Part shown: positions 50,785 through 64,000 of the stretch, in pieces
Numbering within the stretch: the first letter of the stretch is position 1
How the letters are laid out: each line of letters begins with the position of its first letter
DNA from: Pocillopora damicornis
Lineage: Eukaryota
Length of the DNA: 64,000 nt
Reading direction: 5' to 3'
NCBI RefSeq assembly: GCF_003704095.1
Contig: NW_020846086.1
Span: 558,001 to 622,000 of the forward strand
The notes under the pieces: generated by a model
Database searches by the model: none
What the model was told of the DNA's origin: nothing
Seen by the model: only the letters and a program-made list of their open reading frames with translations
Position numbers and translations under genes: made by a program

Positions 50785-53700
50785 CAGGCGTTTCTCGTCA
50801 TCAATTAAGTATTTTTTCCATAAAAAACATTACAGCATTAAACCACTCATTCTTTGAGGGCTTATGATTTTGCTTAAATTGCCAAGTTCCACATTTCGAA
50901 GCAAAGCGTGAGAAAATCTCAACACAGGAAGTGAGTAAAACCAAAAGCAAGGAAGGTCATGTGCTCTCACGTGCTGTAGACTTTCTGTTTTGTTGCGTGA
51001 CAGAATGCGAATTTAAATCATAATAGAAAGTGATAGAGCTGTATAAAAAAACATGGCGTACCAAACAAATAAATAAATAACAAAATTTCTTGCTTTAGTG
51101 ATTTCATGACTGATCAACAGCCTGAAAAAATTCCTTGAGGCATTTAAAGCCTTCTTTGCAAACACCACATAAATAGTGCAATGCTCAGTAAATGTTTTGA
51201 TATTATCAGAAACAACACAGAGCAAATACCTGTGGCTAACTGATAATTTAAAAGTTATTGTAAGGGTCGTGCGCAGATCTTTTGTAACAAGAAGACGCAA
51301 GAATAACACGCTTGGGATTTATTTCCCAGATTCAAAGCGACATATTTCAGTCATTTCACTCAACTACTGTATAATAATACTTGAAAGGACGATGATACAA
51401 CATTCAAACAGCATTTAAGATTGTACCCTAATTATGGTCGACGCAATGCGCCAATTATTGACTAAGTTTGGTGCTCGCCGTCAAAATGTCAGCAGCAACT
51501 CAAAGTTCCGAGTCAAGTTGTTTACCTTAATATTGCTCCGTTCATTCGGACATGTTTTTAAAAGTTGTAATTAGCACGCGGTCATCCGTTCCTAAAGGTC
51601 TTCTAATTTTAGTATAGCAAGTTATTTTCTTTCATGGTTCTTTGCAAGTTATTTACTTCTCCTTTATTTGCGGTTATAACAGCACTCATTTAACGCCTCG
51701 GTGAGCATTAAAGCTAGTTTATATTCTAAAATACGAACACTGCGTGTGGCAACTTGTTTTTTGTCCCGCAGTAAATTGATTTGTTTCATTCACAGCTGTG
51801 GACCTCCGTGTATAATAACTATTTTTTTCCTGATTAACGAACATACTCCATGCTACGGTAATTTAATGAAGCGAGTCATGCCCTATTAAAATGATAATTG
51901 TTTGCAGTTTGGACATTTCGAAGTTACAACTTTGATTCTCGCTTTGTACACTTCTCTTAGAGAAGAATTTGAGACACTGACTCTCCTCAAATCGGTGAGG
52001 TAATAAATTGGTCATTTGTGACTTATAAAATTCGCTTAGAGCTCAGCTGCTGAAACTTACGGGTGATAATTGAGTAACTTTAGCTTCAGCTTATAGTCAT
52101 AAACAGTGAAGACAACTCACCTTAGACAACTAAATTCGCGTCCAACAACTATTATCGATTTTAAACCAGCTTAAACGCTTCTGTAGCTGAATACAGGATC
52201 TCGATTAGCGGTAAATAATTTACGAAAAATTTCCAATTCCGCAATAAGCTATGTCACGCGGTCGCACAGGGAATAAAATTTGACAGCTAATAACCTTTAG
52301 TTGACATACTTTGCTTTGAGTTGTAAATGAGACATCGGATTTGATTGGCCAATTGGACTCGAGAGAGCCAATCATTCTGCTTTGATTTACACACATTATC
52401 AACACGGTCGACATCTGAAACAATACAAAACTTGGAAGAACAACACGTTATCGCGAAAGGAACACAAATGACAAAGAGAGTAATGGTGGGGGGAGGGGGA
52501 GGGGGGAGGGAAGAGGAGAACGGAGCAAGTGTGCTGTGTTTCTTCTGACATTTCTTGATTTTATTTGTGCACCAATCGAATTTATCTGATTACTCAATCA
52601 ATCGAAAAAGTGATGCTTGTCTGAACGGAACGGAATTTTGAAATACTGGACTGTTGTATTCCTTTCTATTCGTCAGTGTCATCCGGTTGCGATCTCAACA
52701 TGCCCTGGGGATATTTTACAGCGGCCTATGGAAACACTTGAACAAGATTGCAAACCCAAATTGAAAATAAAACAACTGAAAGCTGACGACAACAGACGGA
52801 GCCCGCTGTTCGACTGAGGGGTCAGAGGAAGGAGAGGAAGTAACGGTTTGTTCAAGCTTCGCTCAGCCGCAAAAATTATATTTATTTCCGTTTTGTACCC
52901 CCTTCTAAAACTGATAGACAGAGAAACAACTTTTGCTTGACAAAAAAAACCAGTCCATGTTCATAACTCCAGTCCATGTTCTTGCTCTTCCAGAATTCAT
53001 AAGAGTGTTTTTGCCCGTTAGAAAGTCTTTTTTTGTTGTTGTTGTTTTTTTTTGCAAGAGATTATATACTGTTTATAATCACCTGTTTTTTTGGTTGATG
53101 AAACTGATAATTATAATAAAAATGTGGTTTCAACTCCAAAACAAAACAAGTATTGCTAAGCTAATGGGAAGTGGATGATAAACCCCTTGAGGTCCAGCGA
53201 GAATAATTTTGAGGGGATCGGCATCGACAGCTTTACCAGTTGGAGGCAACAGGTACCTGCTCAAGCTGAGCCCACAGGCATCTGTCAGTGGAGGCTACTG
53301 TCAATATTAGCAAATAAAATAGGCTGTTATCTTCGCTAACATGATTAGCACCGCTGACAATTTCGCGGTCTGATGCTCTACAACTTGGCCTAACATAAAA
53401 CTTAACTTTGCGTATAAGCATAATCATAGTGTTTCACTTGTCCTAACCCATTAAGACCGGTAACGATGTTTGTCGTAATATCAAAACCATTGTGTTTACA
53501 ACAGCCAAATCAGAACAAATGAAAAGGCGGCCAACTAGAACCGTAAGTAAAAAAAAAAAAGGAAAACTGTCTGAAGCGCGGGAAAAATGGGAATGAACAA
53601 GTCGTGGTTTGTTTTAGTTTTGAATCTAATTGGTTGACAAAGTAGCGCAAGTTTTCTGAACCAATTACGGAGCGAATTAAAACAAACCAAAGAAATCCCA

Positions 53701-54988
53701 GCTTACTTTCATGATTCAATTCAAAATTTCCTCAAACTTGACCATATCAGAGCGTGACAATTTTTTACACCGCGGTTATTACCTGATAATATTGTACAGA
53801 AGCTCTCTAGCGAAGTATTGGATTGGTAATTGCATTTCTATATTCGTACATATTTCACGGCAACAAAACATGCTGAGAGGTGTAAGTTATGCAACACGGG
53901 TTTCGAAAATAATTTTTGTTAAGAGAATATAAACTGTTCTCGTATTTTTCTGAGTGCACTTTGAAACCTATGCACCATGCAACCAAGAATAATCAAAGTA
54001 TCGAGGAAAAAGAGTATTTACCACAAGAAAAGGAATAATTTTCCATGTTACTTTAGCGACAGTGAAGTGCTTTTATTTTCAGTTTTTCAGTTACTGACAG
54101 CAGTTTGACTTATTTATCACCTAATGGTAGAAAAGGTTAGTAATGTTTCATTTGAGAAGTAGATAGCTCATCGAAAGAGAGCACTCTGTGTATAGAAGAA
54201 CGCTTTTCAAACAAGTGTAATAAAGATATTTTAAGAGCAAGTCATCTTGTGTCCGCACGTCCATTACGTATATGATTCTAGATCACTTTCGAACGTTTAA
54301 AATTATTTGAATTTAACTTTTTGTAAAGTGTTAAGTGTTTTACACTTACTCTCTTATCGGATAGGTTGTCAAAAAAATCTTTCAGCAATCAAAAATAACA
54401 CAGTAAAGGCAACGATTTTATGTTAAGTTGAGAGAGGATAAAAATTCAACGAAAGGTGAGATCGCAAATTTTGAAGGATGTGAAAAGATGTGTCAAATGA
54501 TGAAAAATGTGTTTTCGATGTGAATCAATGATGCTCCAGAAATGCCTCTCACAGCGGTCAACATTCACTCACATTCACTCAGCCACACTCCTTTTCACTA
54601 TTACTACGATTTTTGCAAATCCAGAGTCAATCCTTCCAAACGAAGATTATCAGGAGACCGTCTCCTTCCTAATTCTCCAAATAGCACGCTGCAATCCATG
54701 GAGGTAACAGTAAATACACTTAAATTGTCTCGAGGTCTCAGCCATTAGTCCAACGGTTTTAGCACGAGGAACCAATAAAACAATTCTATTAAGGCGATGA
54801 AGGAGGCAAAGTCCAAAGATACAAAAAGAAACAAAAAAAAATGAAAATTGATGATTGTAAAAAACAATTGCGTGAAAAGCATTCATCCCCAGAAATAAGC
54901 TCAGAATGAAAACAATTAGGTGAAAGAAAATGAAAAGAACTTGTCAAAAATCGAACCAACGAAAGGCACTTTCAATAGTCTTGTGTAG

Positions 54989-55135
54989 GTAATAACATGA
55001 TTTCGAATGCAATTTGGTGTTAATAAACAAAGCTAACAAAATTTTTCGAGCCCGTAGCGCGAGTGCAATTTGTAGTCTTTGAAAAATTTATAGGTGCTTA
55101 TTAACACCAAATTGCACTCGAAATCATGTTGTTAC
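54989..55135. repeat. Palindromic interspersed repeat
   Basis: AACATGATTTCGAATGCAATTTGGTGTTAATAA...TTATTAACACCAAATTGCACTCGAAATCATGTT. Confidence 0.75.
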
Positions 55136-56458
55136 TTTTTAATAATTTACGTGAGAAACGCATCCTAGAAAGTCAAGACGGACAAAATTTTGGCAACCCA
55201 TGCTATTTGCAGTTTGCAGTCTTGTTACAACTCAGCACTCGTGTTCCACGAAAAATGCACTCGGTTTCAGCCAATCAGATGCGCATAATTTTTTCATGTA
55301 TTACAACTTGAAATCGGACGCAGAGAACAATTTGCATGCAAGGGCTGGGGCTTGAAGTAATGGCGTTATTGTTTCTTTCTTGTTTTGTATTCTTTTATTC
55401 CCTTTATTTAAAATTGAAACGATAGTAATTGCCTGAGAAGCTTTTAGGACAAACAAATTGTTTCCCACCTCGCCGCTATAGCTATAGGCCTCATTACATC
55501 TGTATTTTCAATTTATTTTCACACGAAAAGAAAGAAAAAATCGCATTTTTCAAGGTATAGTGGATAACTTAGCTTGGAAATAGAATCAGGAATGGTCGTG
55601 ACGACAAGAAACCAAAAGACTCGGTAAGGTCATGCAAGCGGTTTGCTGTAAAACTTTCTTTTACTTTTTGCGAAATATTTTTCCAGCTATGAACGTAATC
55701 TTTTTCTTAATTGAGCCACATTTCGAGAGAACGGGGTTAAACGTATTTGAAAATTGCAGGTACCACAAACTCTACGGTGATGTGTATGGAAAACGAGCGA
55801 AAAATTAAGGATGAGGAAAAATTAAACAAGATCTCGATCCCTGTATATGAAAAAAAGGGGCGAATAAAGTGAGCTGACTAAAAGTCAGATAAGATAAGAT
55901 AAGCTGTTGTTTGAAAAAGGATACCTAGGATAGGTATTGAAGATTTCATGAACGGCTAATGGAGCACACACCTCCCAAAAAAGGTTTTTATCCTTACTGA
56001 ACTGGCTGATTTATTTCATCTTATAAATTATCGCCTCATTTATCGAAAGGACGTATGTATCATTACAATTTAATAAAACAAGTTTTAAGTCTAAGGGTAA
56101 CATGAAGTGGAAATGTTATGGAAACGACGAGGTGAAGGAATGACATGAACATATAGTTTGTTTTTTTTTTCTTTTGGCACATGAGAATCAATTGCAGTAA
56201 AAGATGTCCAAACTTTCGATGTACATCACAGTAAAATTTCTGGAAAGTCATTGACTAAGGTTTAAATATTTCACATTCATTCAAGGGTGTTTCGTATATC
56301 TTAAGATGGATAACTGCTAGCAACTTCAGCTGGGAACCAAACCGACTAGCAATCTAAGAGGAAAGGTTTTTAGACGGAAGCCGAAAGTTTGATCTTTGCG
56401 ATATCTTGAGTATTATCTCTCTTTCAGATAAGAATTAAAAATACAAAAGTTGAGCAAC

Positions 56459-58335
56459 ATGACCGGTCTTCAATTTTCCGTCATCCGAGTTATCTTCATA
56501 CTGACGCAGCTTTCCAAAGTGACCACGACGAATTGTGGGAGAGAATCGTCTATCCATGGCATGATGCTTCGCGGTCACACATTCAAGACTCTTGAGGCTA
56601 AAAGCCTCTCAGAATGTGTGCAGGAATGCAACGAAGACGACAAATGCCAAAGCTTAAACCTTGTCCCATTAAAGGACATTTGTGAGTTGAATAAACGAAC
56701 AAAGGAGGCTAGGCCAGAGGACTTTGTCACAAATAAAGAATGCCTTTACGTGAGACGATGGAAAAAGAGAGGTAACTAATAACAGATTTCGCAAATCTGG
56801 GACATACGTGTTTATTGTGCGAAATGATTTCGGATTCGGAGATAAATTCGAGTCACGAAATTCTTTTGCAACAGATGGTTCGACAACATGCAGTTTTTAT
56901 TTATTCTCGTCCCTGTTTTTTTCCTTTTTTCCTCTTATTTTTTTTTATTTTCCCTCTAGTTCCTCTGGGTTCTATCCCTGAGTTACCCGCAGAATCTTGT
57001 GCAGAGATAAAACGAAGTGAAGGAGCAGCTATGAGAAGCGGTGGATTCTGGATACAATCGTCTGTTAATTCAGGAAAAGCGAGTTTGGTAAATTGTGATG
57101 TCGGCGAATCAAATGGTGAGTACTTGTCTAAGCTGCCGCTGTAAACTGCACACACTTTCTCTCCCACTCTATGGCAGAAACTTGTAATCACCGGAAGCGT
57201 CCACTTTGTAACTGCCAAAATTTTTTCAACGAGCAAATTCTCCTCACAAGTTGAATACACTATCTGGAAAGCGGATGATAATCATCACTTGTTCTACATC
57301 ACGTAGATATGATATTTTCGACATTCAATTTTTACCTGGTTTACTTCAAAATTGATGGATAAAAATTTTCTTTCATTGACCTTCAGTAATGACTTCTTGA
57401 TCTCTCAGGGTAGTGTCCAGTTCAGCGTTAGGGTCATTTTACGACACATTCCATTACTGCTCTATTTTTTTAAGCTTCAACCACAATTTTGCCGTTTTGT
57501 CGTCTCAGATATCGATGAATGCAAAAGTAGATCTTTACATGGTTGTCATAGTGATGCTGTGTGTCATAATACCGTGGGCTCATACAAATGTACCTGTAAA
57601 GAGGGATTCTTTGGAAATGGAAAAACAAGTTGCTCACCAGTAGGTAGGTATATGATTTGAAAAAGCCATAAAATAAAAGAAAAAGGGCATGCATTTTTTC
57701 GGAATGAAATTACGAATTTGGGCCGCTAAGTTAGAGTAAATAAGTCAGAGACCTGTCGTTATTTGTCACCTAGGGGGGAGGGGGGGGCGTGGGTGGACCA
57801 CATGGTTTTCATGGGGAATGGAGCGGGGATCAATCTTAATGGCTTCTTTATATGTTTTGAAAGTCTCTGAGAGAAAACGTCCTGCATCAATTTTAGCCAG
57901 GAAAAGTCACCGAGCAATCTTAAAACACCTTGAAAGGGCTTTTACATCTTTTCTTTTCATATCGTTGGCCTAAATTTAGGCTGTGTTGGGTACAAGTGGT
58001 TCACAGAGGCGGACAGACGCCGTTCTTTTCCTGCGAATGAAATCAAGTGTGACCGTCTAAAAGAGAGATCGTGGTACCGATTCAGCGAGGAGTCTGGAAC
58101 TAAGATGGCGACAACGTGTGTTCCTCCTTACAGATGCAATACACATGCGCCAAGCTGGCTGAACGGATTACATCCCGAGGAGCATGAAGGGATTGTGACC
58201 AGACAAGTGTGTTTCCACTGGTCAAATCATTGCTGTCATTTTACAACTATCATCAGGGTCAGGAATTGTGGTTCATTTTACACTTATGAGCTTGGTCCTA
58301 TAAATTTATGTCATATTCGCTATTGCGGTGAATGA
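56459..58335 (+). CDS. Probably secreted mosaic protein: PAN/Apple + short FReD/COLFI-N-like module + Ca-binding EGF + uromodulin/GP2-type D8C (D10C) domain
   Basis: Exons 56459-56771, 56960-57115, 57509-57643, 57980-58335; all introns phase 1. Motifs: C-x3-C...CQSLN...CELN (PAN); PAESCAEIK...SGGFWI...VNCD; DIDEC...CHNTVGSYKCTC; WYRF...CVPPYRCNTHAPSWLNG-x-HP...VCFHW...CC...VRNCG-x-FY-x-Y-x-L...RYC. Confidence 0.88.
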
Positions 58336-59833
58336 CAGATACAATTGGCTCTCTGACGAATATATCAATTTTTGGGTGTGGCCTCAACCATCAGCTGGAC
58401 GAATGATCACAGCAGATAAAAGTCTGCGCCGGTGTGAGCGCACATTGCAACAATGAAATGTCTTAAAGCACGACCTGACAGAGTTCTTTCGGGCCATAAA
58501 CCTCATAAACTGGTGATTCATGGTGTTCTAAAGGCGCTTAGCTTTTCAGTAAAGCTCCAAACAAAATGTTCAATCAAAAGAGTACATATATATCATTAGA
58601 TAACCTTTATGTACGAGAATCTCAACGTTTCCTTTCCATTAGTTTGGCTTCCTATCTCAGATTTCCATAAACGGCAGTTAATGAGGTCTTCTATCAGATG
58701 TTACGATTGATTCTCAGACACCCACCTTTTTGAAAACTCGATTTCTTTGACACCTGCAATTTATATAAGCACAAATCAGGAGCTCATTACTTGGTCTCCT
58801 GCACAAATACAATTTTATGAATTAAAAGGTGTTGTTCAAAACCCCTCGATAAAAACTTCATTTATCGTCCAATGCTGATTGCTATAACGACCGAGCTCGG
58901 AGAGCGCATGCTCAAAACTGGGGTTCAGACATTTTTAATTGTTATGCGGACTACCTCATAACAATTCTCCGATTACCTGTTCCCAGTTCCCCGTTCCCAC
59001 TTGCCCCTCCCTCATTTTAGTTTCATCTGTAAATTTTCCTCTTAAATGTCACGCGGAAAATTAGCGCGTAGATGGGCAAAATTTACCTATTTGCACTGCC
59101 TTATATTTCGATCGTTGTGTTGACTGAATAGAGCAGAAGTTAGGGAATATTTTGGAGTGGTTTGATTGAGAGTACTGTCACTCCGCCTTTATTTTAGCGG
59201 TAATCAATCCTTTCGAGCACGGAAAAACAAATGTTTAGAAGATTTTTACCTGAATATTGATGTGTTGGCCTCACCCTGCGTTAGTTTTGGTTTTATTTTC
59301 GGATGTCCGTTAGAAGAATGACCGATGGCGATAAACAACTTAATTTTTGCATTTATTTGATTTTCTAGAGTTTGCTCATTATTCAACGGTGCAATCTTTT
59401 TATCGACTCCATAAAATGAACACAAATTTTTCAAAACATATTTACACATGTTGTTTTCGACATTTGTACGCAAAATCTCAGGAATGTGACCCTGAAATTT
59501 ATGTTTTTGACTCTCAGAGAATCACTTAGAAAGGCGTGGTTGATATCCATAATTAGCCCCGACCGCAAATATCCAATTTCGAAAAAAAGCATTGTTGTTA
59601 ATGTTCTTCGGCATTCTTTATTCATTTATTTATGTTTTAAATTTAAATTAATCGCATGACGATGACATCGAAAATTTGATGGCGTCAAATTCAGCTTAAA
59701 CACATTCGTTCACTAAGCTTGATGAAGCACTGGACGAGAAGAGACAAGGACAGACAATAATGGACATGACCTAATGCTTTTACACAGAGATTGTTCGTAA
59801 GCCTGTTGTCTTTCTTTCGGTGCTGGTCTTCTG

Positions 59834-59968
59834 GGCCCAGTTGTTTAAAGAGCGGATAAAACGCCATCCTGAGCGGATAAGTATTCAGTAACAAAACGTA
59901 CTGCACTATCTACCGGAAAGATATTTATCCAGTAGATAGCGCTATTCACTCTTCGAACAATCGGAGCC
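59834..59968. mobile_element. Short MITE-like repeat
   Basis: Imperfect TIRs GGCCCAGTTGTTT...GAACAATCGGAGCC, with internal GGATAA/TTATCC motifs. Confidence 0.5.
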
Positions 59969-62622
59969 AGATCTGTGAAGGCTTAGTCGACAAAGGCAGA
60001 CCGCAATAAAGAAAAGAAAAAGGAACTGGTCAGGAAATACATGAATTCACGGCTACACTATAACCAAATCATTTTGTTGGTACTAAACGTGTTGTATTCC
60101 TGACAAATTCTTGGCGGCCCCTCACAATTAGATCATTGGAAAGCTAGCGTGCTGTTTGAAAATAAGAATAGAACCGGAAACAGACAAGGGCAAGGGTGTA
60201 ACTTTTTTGAAGATATGCCAAGAACAGGGAGAGGATCTTACTCAAAGAAGTGTAGATATTTCCTAAGAAAGCTCAAAGCTCATTAGGCTAATGTGCGGTG
60301 ATTTACTTATGGAATAATTCGTTCAAGTTGATAAGCTGTTGGTATTTGGCTGATAGTGCGAAAGTCAAGCTTAATGGCTTCCAATCGCACGGACATTATT
60401 CTTTAATTTGTACAGAAAAACGTCCTGTTCTCTTTCAGTAAATTTGAACGAACAAAACCGCATAACCATAGGGTTGGGACAATTAAATTCAAATGACCAC
60501 TCTCGGCCGTCAATCTGTACGAGCCTCTATCGATTTGGTTAACTTCTACCGAGAATTTTTTCAGTAAGAAAGTTGCTTCTAAATGGCCCGACATTAATCG
60601 TCTGAGCACGTCGAACAAAGATGTTATCGATTGAAATCCATTAGTTTTATTTACCTCAGACCTCTTTGCTTCGAAAACAAAGTTTACCGAACCATTCGAT
60701 GCTATAAAAGATAATTGAAGGAGCAATCTTACCTCGATAGAATGGTTTCCAATTTGCTTACTGAGAACTCTAGATATTCCAGCTTAGATACGGGTAGCTG
60801 AGGCTATTTACGAAATTATGATGAAAATAGATCTTCCCTGAAGGCATATCTAAAGATCATCAGAGGACACAGTTCAAAAGATTTCCGGGATGTCGCTCAC
60901 CCGATGGTGCGAAAACAAATCGAATTGATTTTCACAGCTTATTTTCACAAAGAGATTTCACATCGGCCAACGTCATGGTTGAGCAAATTATATCTAGGAC
61001 ATGCAGCTAATTGCCATGTTATGGTCAAAGAAGATTGCAAAAAAAAGCTAAGGGAAAGAATGAGAAGCGCAATAGAAATCACAACCATAGGGTTGGGACT
61101 GAGTTGGGCATAGGGTTTAGGATTGCGCACATTAATTCTCCCTTAAGATTTTTATAGTTCTTAAAAACACGCTTTAAATTGTGAGTTAACTTTATTAGAA
61201 CTAATTTATACAGGTCTCCTTTCATATTTCAAAGGCAATTTTTAATACATGCACAGTTTTCTTGGATGAACAGTGCATTGCCTGACACCTTCCAATTTGC
61301 GTGTTTTAATTTTCCCATTTTTGTTTTTGGCACTTTACCCCGACAGCATTATAGCGATTAGACGAAAAGAAAGAAAAATCCAGATTGGACCAAGATAGAT
61401 ATCTGGATTGAATTACGGTCTCAGGTATTGGAATTTAAGCAAATGTTTTTCTTTTTTTACGCGGGAAACAAAAGCAGATATAACACTGAATTTGTGATGT
61501 AATTATCTGACTTTAATAATCAGTTTGTATTTTCAGGATTTGAAATATCTAAATTTCCAATACAGTTGCTGCTAACCAAAACTGAACAGTCTCATTCACA
61601 CGTTATTCATATAAAAGAAAGAAGACGAAATAAAAGCATTAAAAATAACTATCTAATAACTGAAAGATTTACGAGAGTTGTACTTGTCAAAACATTATTT
61701 TCCTGCGGTTACTTTTTTATAACTTACTGATAGCCGATTGCGAGCAAAACGCAGACCACAGAACCAAAATCAGACATTCACATGCGCAAGCTTCTGATAT
61801 GGATTACCAAATATATCCAAGACAGTCATTACAATAAAGGTGTCGAGTATGCTTTTTTTAAAATTCGCATGAAAGACAAAACAAAACATAAAAACAATCG
61901 TCATCTTTTACCGGAAAATTATTCGAGTGCGAGACAATCCTCTGTTTTAGAGTTAAGTTTTTAGCATAGGCTCCGCTGTATGGTCTCTTCTGTGGTTTTA
62001 TCCCCACATACCGTGACTGGTGAATGGAAGACAAATCAGTTATCGTATAGCCGCAAGGGTGTGTTTTACAATGTGCGCTTGCCATAAGTCAAACAATGTG
62101 CATTAGCTTCTATGTGTCTTTTCGTTTTTGTTTTGTCGTTTTTAGTAGAAATTTTCTGTTTAAAGCAGGTAATCAGCTCTATCTTGTAACTCCCATAAAA
62201 GGTGAAAAATCATTCAACGTTTTCTCGCAAAGTCAATTCATTATTTATCGAACAAGTTCTGAGAATTCACCGAAATAATCAGTAAGAAGTGTTGTCTTAA
62301 CAAAACACCAAATTCTTTAACGTAATTTTCAGGGAATGATATAGCAAACGCGTTATTAGTAAAGGACATATCTACGAGGTTAAGAAGTTTAAAAAAAATT
62401 TGCAACTTTTGATTCATCGTATCTGAAGGATAACAGAGGGATCGCAAAGTGCCGTCTAGTTATCAAGTGAATTTATCTCGCAGGCAAGTTTCTTCCTGAT
62501 AATCTTTAACGCGCATGAGTGAAATCAAACATCTGCCGATCAAAATCGCTCAGACAATGAAAATTCGAAGACGCCTAGTTTGCATCGTACAAAATAGTTT
62601 TGGAAAAAGTGCGGCATTTAAA

Positions 62623-62865
62623 ATGAATCTAGTGGAATCGCTGGACCAGTTGTCATCAGCTAGTGCTAAAAAAGCGAAAAAGGCAAAGAAACAACATTTT
62701 AACGATGGAATGATCGATGCTGGTGACAGAGAAGCAAAGAAACCTTTCCACTCGTCAACTGGCCTTGCAGTGGCGGTGATGTACAATGTGCTCATCTTCG
62801 CGTACGCGTGGTATACGAAAAATTATTTGGTAATGATGCTAGTAATTGCAATATGGATGGTCTGA
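62623..62865 (+). CDS. Putative 80-aa orphan membrane protein (the ORF extends upstream to 62515)
   Basis: AAAATG start context; Lys/Ala-rich charged N-part, then a hydrophobic C-terminus GLAVAVMYNVLIFAYAWYTKNYLVMMLVIAIWMV. No family recognised. Confidence 0.4.
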   Translation: MNLVESLDQLSSASAKKAKKAKKQHFNDGMIDAGDREAKKPFHSSTGLAVAVMYNVLIFAYAWYTKNYLVMMLVIAIWMV

Positions 62866-64000
62866 AATCTGTGAATACAAACTTCAAACGAAGCAAGCAG
62901 AATCTCTGGTGGAGATTTTAATGAAACAAACTACGGGTTAATTAAAAATAATTTTATAAGATTCTTTATCGAAAGTTTAACTTGAAAGCCTCGACAAGTA
63001 TGACACCTGATGTTTTCGCGAACATGACGATAATGCCGAATGCTACAGAGGATTTTATGAAAATTATGACTCTGCTGTGCTGATACCGCTGACAGAAAAG
63101 TAACGAGCACGAGAACAGTTATTAATTGAAAGGACTTAAATAAATTTAAAATTGTAAACTTGAGGAATGAAGCCAGGTTATTAATAGTAATCAAATTTTA
63201 AATCACGACTTACCACAGTGATCGGTGCAGGAATGCTAAAAGAAAAATTTCGTTGGTACGTAATTGAAAATGTTTTCATAGTTCTTTTGACAAGCTACAC
63301 TGTCTTAAGCCGGCAAACAGAATTTTGTGGATGAAAGTATAACATTGTTGTATTTGGTGCAGTTTGTGCACTGGCCTTGGTCCCCAAGTAAGGATGAGGC
63401 ATATCAATTTTGTCGTGAAGCCCTCGCGAGATTTTCCATGACATAGACCCCAACCGCGCCATCCTATCCGTCTAGGTATTAGCTCATTTCCGCTAAGAGC
63501 TAACAATTTTCTTGAGGCGGGAAGTAAATTCGAAATAGTGTCTCGTTTTGTTTGATTGGATTGTGTAAGTTGTTATCAATGCGCACAGACGAAAAGCCCT
63601 AGAAGTTCTAGAAGAATGAAGTCATTCCGAGCACTCTCGTTGTTAATTTTCCCAGCAACTTAAACTTTTTTTATAAGACTGAGTGAGGAAAAAAGTCAAG
63701 CACTCGATAGAAAAAAATGCCAAGAATCGTGCGTATCTTTTCTTGCATGATTCTTTGAATTGAAAATCAACGAAGAAATTTAATTCACTGCCGTGCATGC
63801 CTCACCCAAATTAGGCTTTTCAATTTCAAGCGCAATAAAAATATTGGACATACAGGTAGATTTCCATTCCAAGATTGTCCATTTAGTGTTTGTAGTCATT
63901 CTAGAGTTTGGAGGTGTTGCTGCCAGTGAAATAGAATGTCTTCGTCCTCGGATCACTTTTGGATGGACCAAAACCATGACAAGTTAGAGTTATTAATTTT

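Noticed and set aside
1-64000. Prokaryotic systems (CRISPR, operons, defence islands), tRNA or rRNA genes, autonomous transposase or reverse transcriptase ORFs
   Set aside because: None were seen; the genes have spliceosomal introns and no ORF shows RT or DDE motifs.

Overview
AT-rich, intron-containing animal DNA; the repeat families and gene content suggest a stony coral (inference, not verified). The window has several N-gaps. From left to right it contains: (1) the 3' exons of an LMBR1-family gene, including a clear U12-type intron; (2) a ~25 kb tandem array of XK-related (XKR/CED-8 scramblase family) genes with single-exon CDSs: 4 intact ORFs, 3 large pseudogenes and 3 small fragments; (3) a complete 20-exon GTPBP4/NOG1 gene on the minus strand; (4) a GAPR-1/GLIPR2-like gene with two tandem CAP domains and a compact TATA/CRE/C-EBP/ETS/kB-like promoter; (5) a probably secreted PAN-(FReD/COLFI-like)-EGF-D8C mosaic gene; (6) a small orphan ORF with a hydrophobic C-terminus. 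MITEs and a Penelope-type minimal hammerhead ribozyme are interspersed. The most interesting signal is in the XKR array: the paralogs are nearly invariant in transmembrane and predicted extracellular segments, but hypervariable in every predicted cytoplasmic loop, and they have repeatedly lost or replaced the C-terminal Y-x-S-S-V tail. I cannot establish novelty without database searches. All alignments were made by eye.
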